This document shows, one piece after another, positions 62,044-64,000 of a DNA stretch of 64,000 nt. This stretch comes from Alphaproteobacteria bacterium (GTDB lineage: Bacteria; Pseudomonadota; Alphaproteobacteria; Bin95). The stretch's first letter is position 1, and each line of letters starts with the position of its first letter. Made by a program: the position numbers and the translations under genes. Below the pieces are notes generated by a model. That model searched no databases, was not told the DNA's origin, and saw only the letters and a program-made list of their open reading frames with translations. The DNA lies in the NCBI GenBank assembly GCA_964291285.2, contig OZ219785.1, positions 96,001 to 160,000 of the forward strand, given 5' to 3'.

Positions 62044-64000
62044 CTACAGCCCCATGTCCATCTCGATACGCTTGCCGCGGGCGGGAGGTTCGGGTGCCCT
62101 GTCCCGCGACGGGGACGGTCCGACTTCCCGTTCCGGCGTGGGCGGCGCGGATGCTTCCGGACCCCGCCGTTCGACACTGGTCAGCGCTTCCCCGTTCTTC
62201 CCGTGCCCGCGTTCCGTTTGGACACTTTCCCCGATGCCTTCGAGCGCGGAGATGCGCTCACCGGTCACGGCTTCGAGGCGTTCCCTGAGCGCCCGGGCGT
62301 CGTCGGTGACGAGTTCCGCGCGGTCGCGGGCGCGGCTGATCTCGACATAGAACGCCTTGGCGGTAGTCAGGAGCGGGTGCTTCGCCTCCATTGCGGCGAT
62401 CACATTATCGACCGTGCGCCCCTGGAAGGCATGTACGGTCGAGGCCCAGGCGCGGTCGAGATGGCGCAACTGCGCATCGCCCGGGGTGAGGGCAAGCTTG
62501 CGGCCCTCCTCCAGCAGGAAAGTCGCCCGCCCGTTGCGCACGCCCAGCACCTCGGCCGTGCCGCTGTTGACGACGCCCAGCCCCTTGTCGTTGCGGGTCC
62601 AGCGGATGCGGTCGCCGGCGCGCAACTCGACGGTCTCGGCCCGGTAGACCTCGCTTCCACCCCGCCACCCGCCGATCTCCGACGGTTTCCAGGCCACGGT
62701 CCCGCCGTTCGGGCCTTCCAGATGCACGGTCCGGTTTGCGTGATCGACACGCTCGACACGCCGTTCGTCCCCCTTCTCCACGCCGATGCGCCTGTAGGAC
62801 CGGTGGAAGGCCACGACATCGCCGGGCGCATAGTTTGCCGCCAGTGCCTTCTCCGCCCCGGTATAGCCCTTCGAGACGAGCCGCTGCGTTTGCAGGGCCG
62901 GCCCTGCAATGTGGCCCTCGCGGGCGAGACGCTCGCGGATATGGGCGTTGATCCTCTCGCGCAGCGCATGGCTCGGCGCCATCACCCCGGTGCGCTCGCG
63001 CTCCTCCGGCGAGAGCTTCAGCCAGCGCGCCGCGACCGCGCCGGCGATGTTGTCGGGCTTGACCTCGGCGACATTGGCGCCGAGCTTGTCGAATGCCCTG
63101 CCGATCTCGCCCGCCAGGCTGGCCTCGACAGCGGCCTTCAGGTCGGGGTCGCGCTGGCGCATGATCTCGCCCATCACGGCGGTCTTCATGCCCGCGGCCT
63201 GGAGCTGGGCGAAGGGCTTGCCGGCATCGACGGCATCAAGCTGCTTCGCATCGCCCACCAGCACCAGCCTGGGGATGCGCAACTCGCCTGCGATCCGCAG
63301 CAGGTCGCGGGCCTGGACGGTGGAGGCCAGCGAGCCTTCGTCGACCACCAGGATCGTCCTGGCGAAGGCGGCGCGCAGTTCCTTCGCACCCTTCTTCGTC
63401 AGCCTGCCCTCGGCGATGCCGGCATTGCGGGCGAGGAAGCGTTGCAGGGTTTCGCTCTCGATGCCGGATTCGGCGGCCAATGTCCGAACCGCCGAAGCCG
63501 ACGGCGCCAGGCCCGCCAGGCGCCAGCCCTTCTTCTCCGCCAACGCCCGCGCGCGGTTCAGCATCCGCGTCTTGCCCGTCCCGGCATAGCCCTGCACCCC
63601 CACCGTGCGGTCCTTCCCGGACAGGACCAGCTTCACCGCCTCTCGCTGTCCGGCCGTGAGCGGTCCCTCGCGCAGATGCCGGTCCACCGTCCAGCCGCGC
63701 ATCGGCGCGCTTCCCCGGCCTTCGCCGCGCCGCATCAGCGCGACCGTCTCGCGCTCGTCGGCCACCGCCCTGTCGGTGGTCAGCCCCCCGCCGCCCTCGA
63801 ACGCCAGCGCATCGTGCAGCCGCCCCTCGCGCCTGAGCCCGTCCACGGCCCGCTCGATCTCTCCAATGGAGGCGGAACCCGGACTGTAGGCCAGCGCGGC
63901 GGCCAGCAGGTCGGTCTTCGCGAACACTGCGTCGCGCTCCGAGATATGGGCCAGCGCCCAGGCCACCGCCTCCCGCGCCGGGTTGGACCACGCGGCGTGC
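62044..64000 (-). CDS. TrwC/TraI-like conjugative relaxase-helicase, C-terminal part
   Basis: VQGYAGTGKT, GLAPS, VVDEGS, VGDAKQL..V.AGKPF, GDRIRWTRND, TVHAFQGRT, YVEISRAR. Confidence 0.92.
   Translation of the reverse strand, partial: HAAWSNPAREAVAWALAHISERDAVFAKTDLLAAALAYSPGSASIGEIERAVDGLRREGRLHDALAFEGGGGLTTDRAVADERETVALMRRGEGRGSAPMRGWTVDRHLREGPLTAGQREAVKLVLSGKDRTVGVQGYAGTGKTRMLNRARALAEKKGWRLAGLAPSASAVRTLAAESGIESETLQRFLARNAGIAEGRLTKKGAKELRAAFARTILVVDEGSLASTVQARDLLRIAGELRIPRLVLVGDAKQLDAVDAGKPFAQLQAAGMKTAVMGEIMRQRDPDLKAAVEASLAGEIGRAFDKLGANVAEVKPDNIAGAVAARWLKLSPEERERTGVMAPSHALRERINAHIRERLAREGHIAGPALQTQRLVSKGYTGAEKALAANYAPGDVVAFHRSYRRIGVEKGDERRVERVDHANRTVHLEGPNGGTVAWKPSEIGGWRGGSEVYRAETVELRAGDRIRWTRNDKGLGVVNSGTAEVLGVRNGRATFLLEEGRKLALTPGDAQLRHLDRAWASTVHAFQGRTVDNVIAAMEAKHPLLTTAKAFYVEISRARDRAELVTDDARALRERLEAVTGERISALEGIGESVQTERGHGKNGEALTSVERRGPEASAPPTPEREVGPSPSRDRAPEPPARGKRIEMDMGL

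Overview
High-GC alphaproteobacterial (Rhodospirillales-like, inferred) chromosomal window. A housekeeping and metabolic core (ffh-rpsP-rimM-trmD-rplS-leuCD, pobA, cutA, tRNA-Pro(GGG), transporters, oxidoreductases) is interleaved with defence genes: an Abi_2/AbiF-like HEPN RNase missed by the ORF track, a PLD nuclease, an SF1 helicase-PLD gene broken by two insertions, hipBA, and a dead EcoRII-like/vsr/dcm locus. There are many IS elements: an IS66-like element with 132-bp inverted ends and a DUF4338 passenger, IS1634, a four-gene IS21 with a Toprim-like passenger, two IS5, and a triple nest of IS21>IS1380>IS1182-like. From ~42.2 kb to the window end lies an integrative, mobilisable element (tyrosine integrase, five-zinc-finger protein, ssb, DUF2493, RHH protein, TrwC/TraI-like relaxase-helicase). 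It carries an intact compact type II-C CRISPR-Cas9 system: tracrRNA, cas9, cas1, cas2 and a 10-repeat array. All family calls come from motif recognition by eye; no database searches were run.
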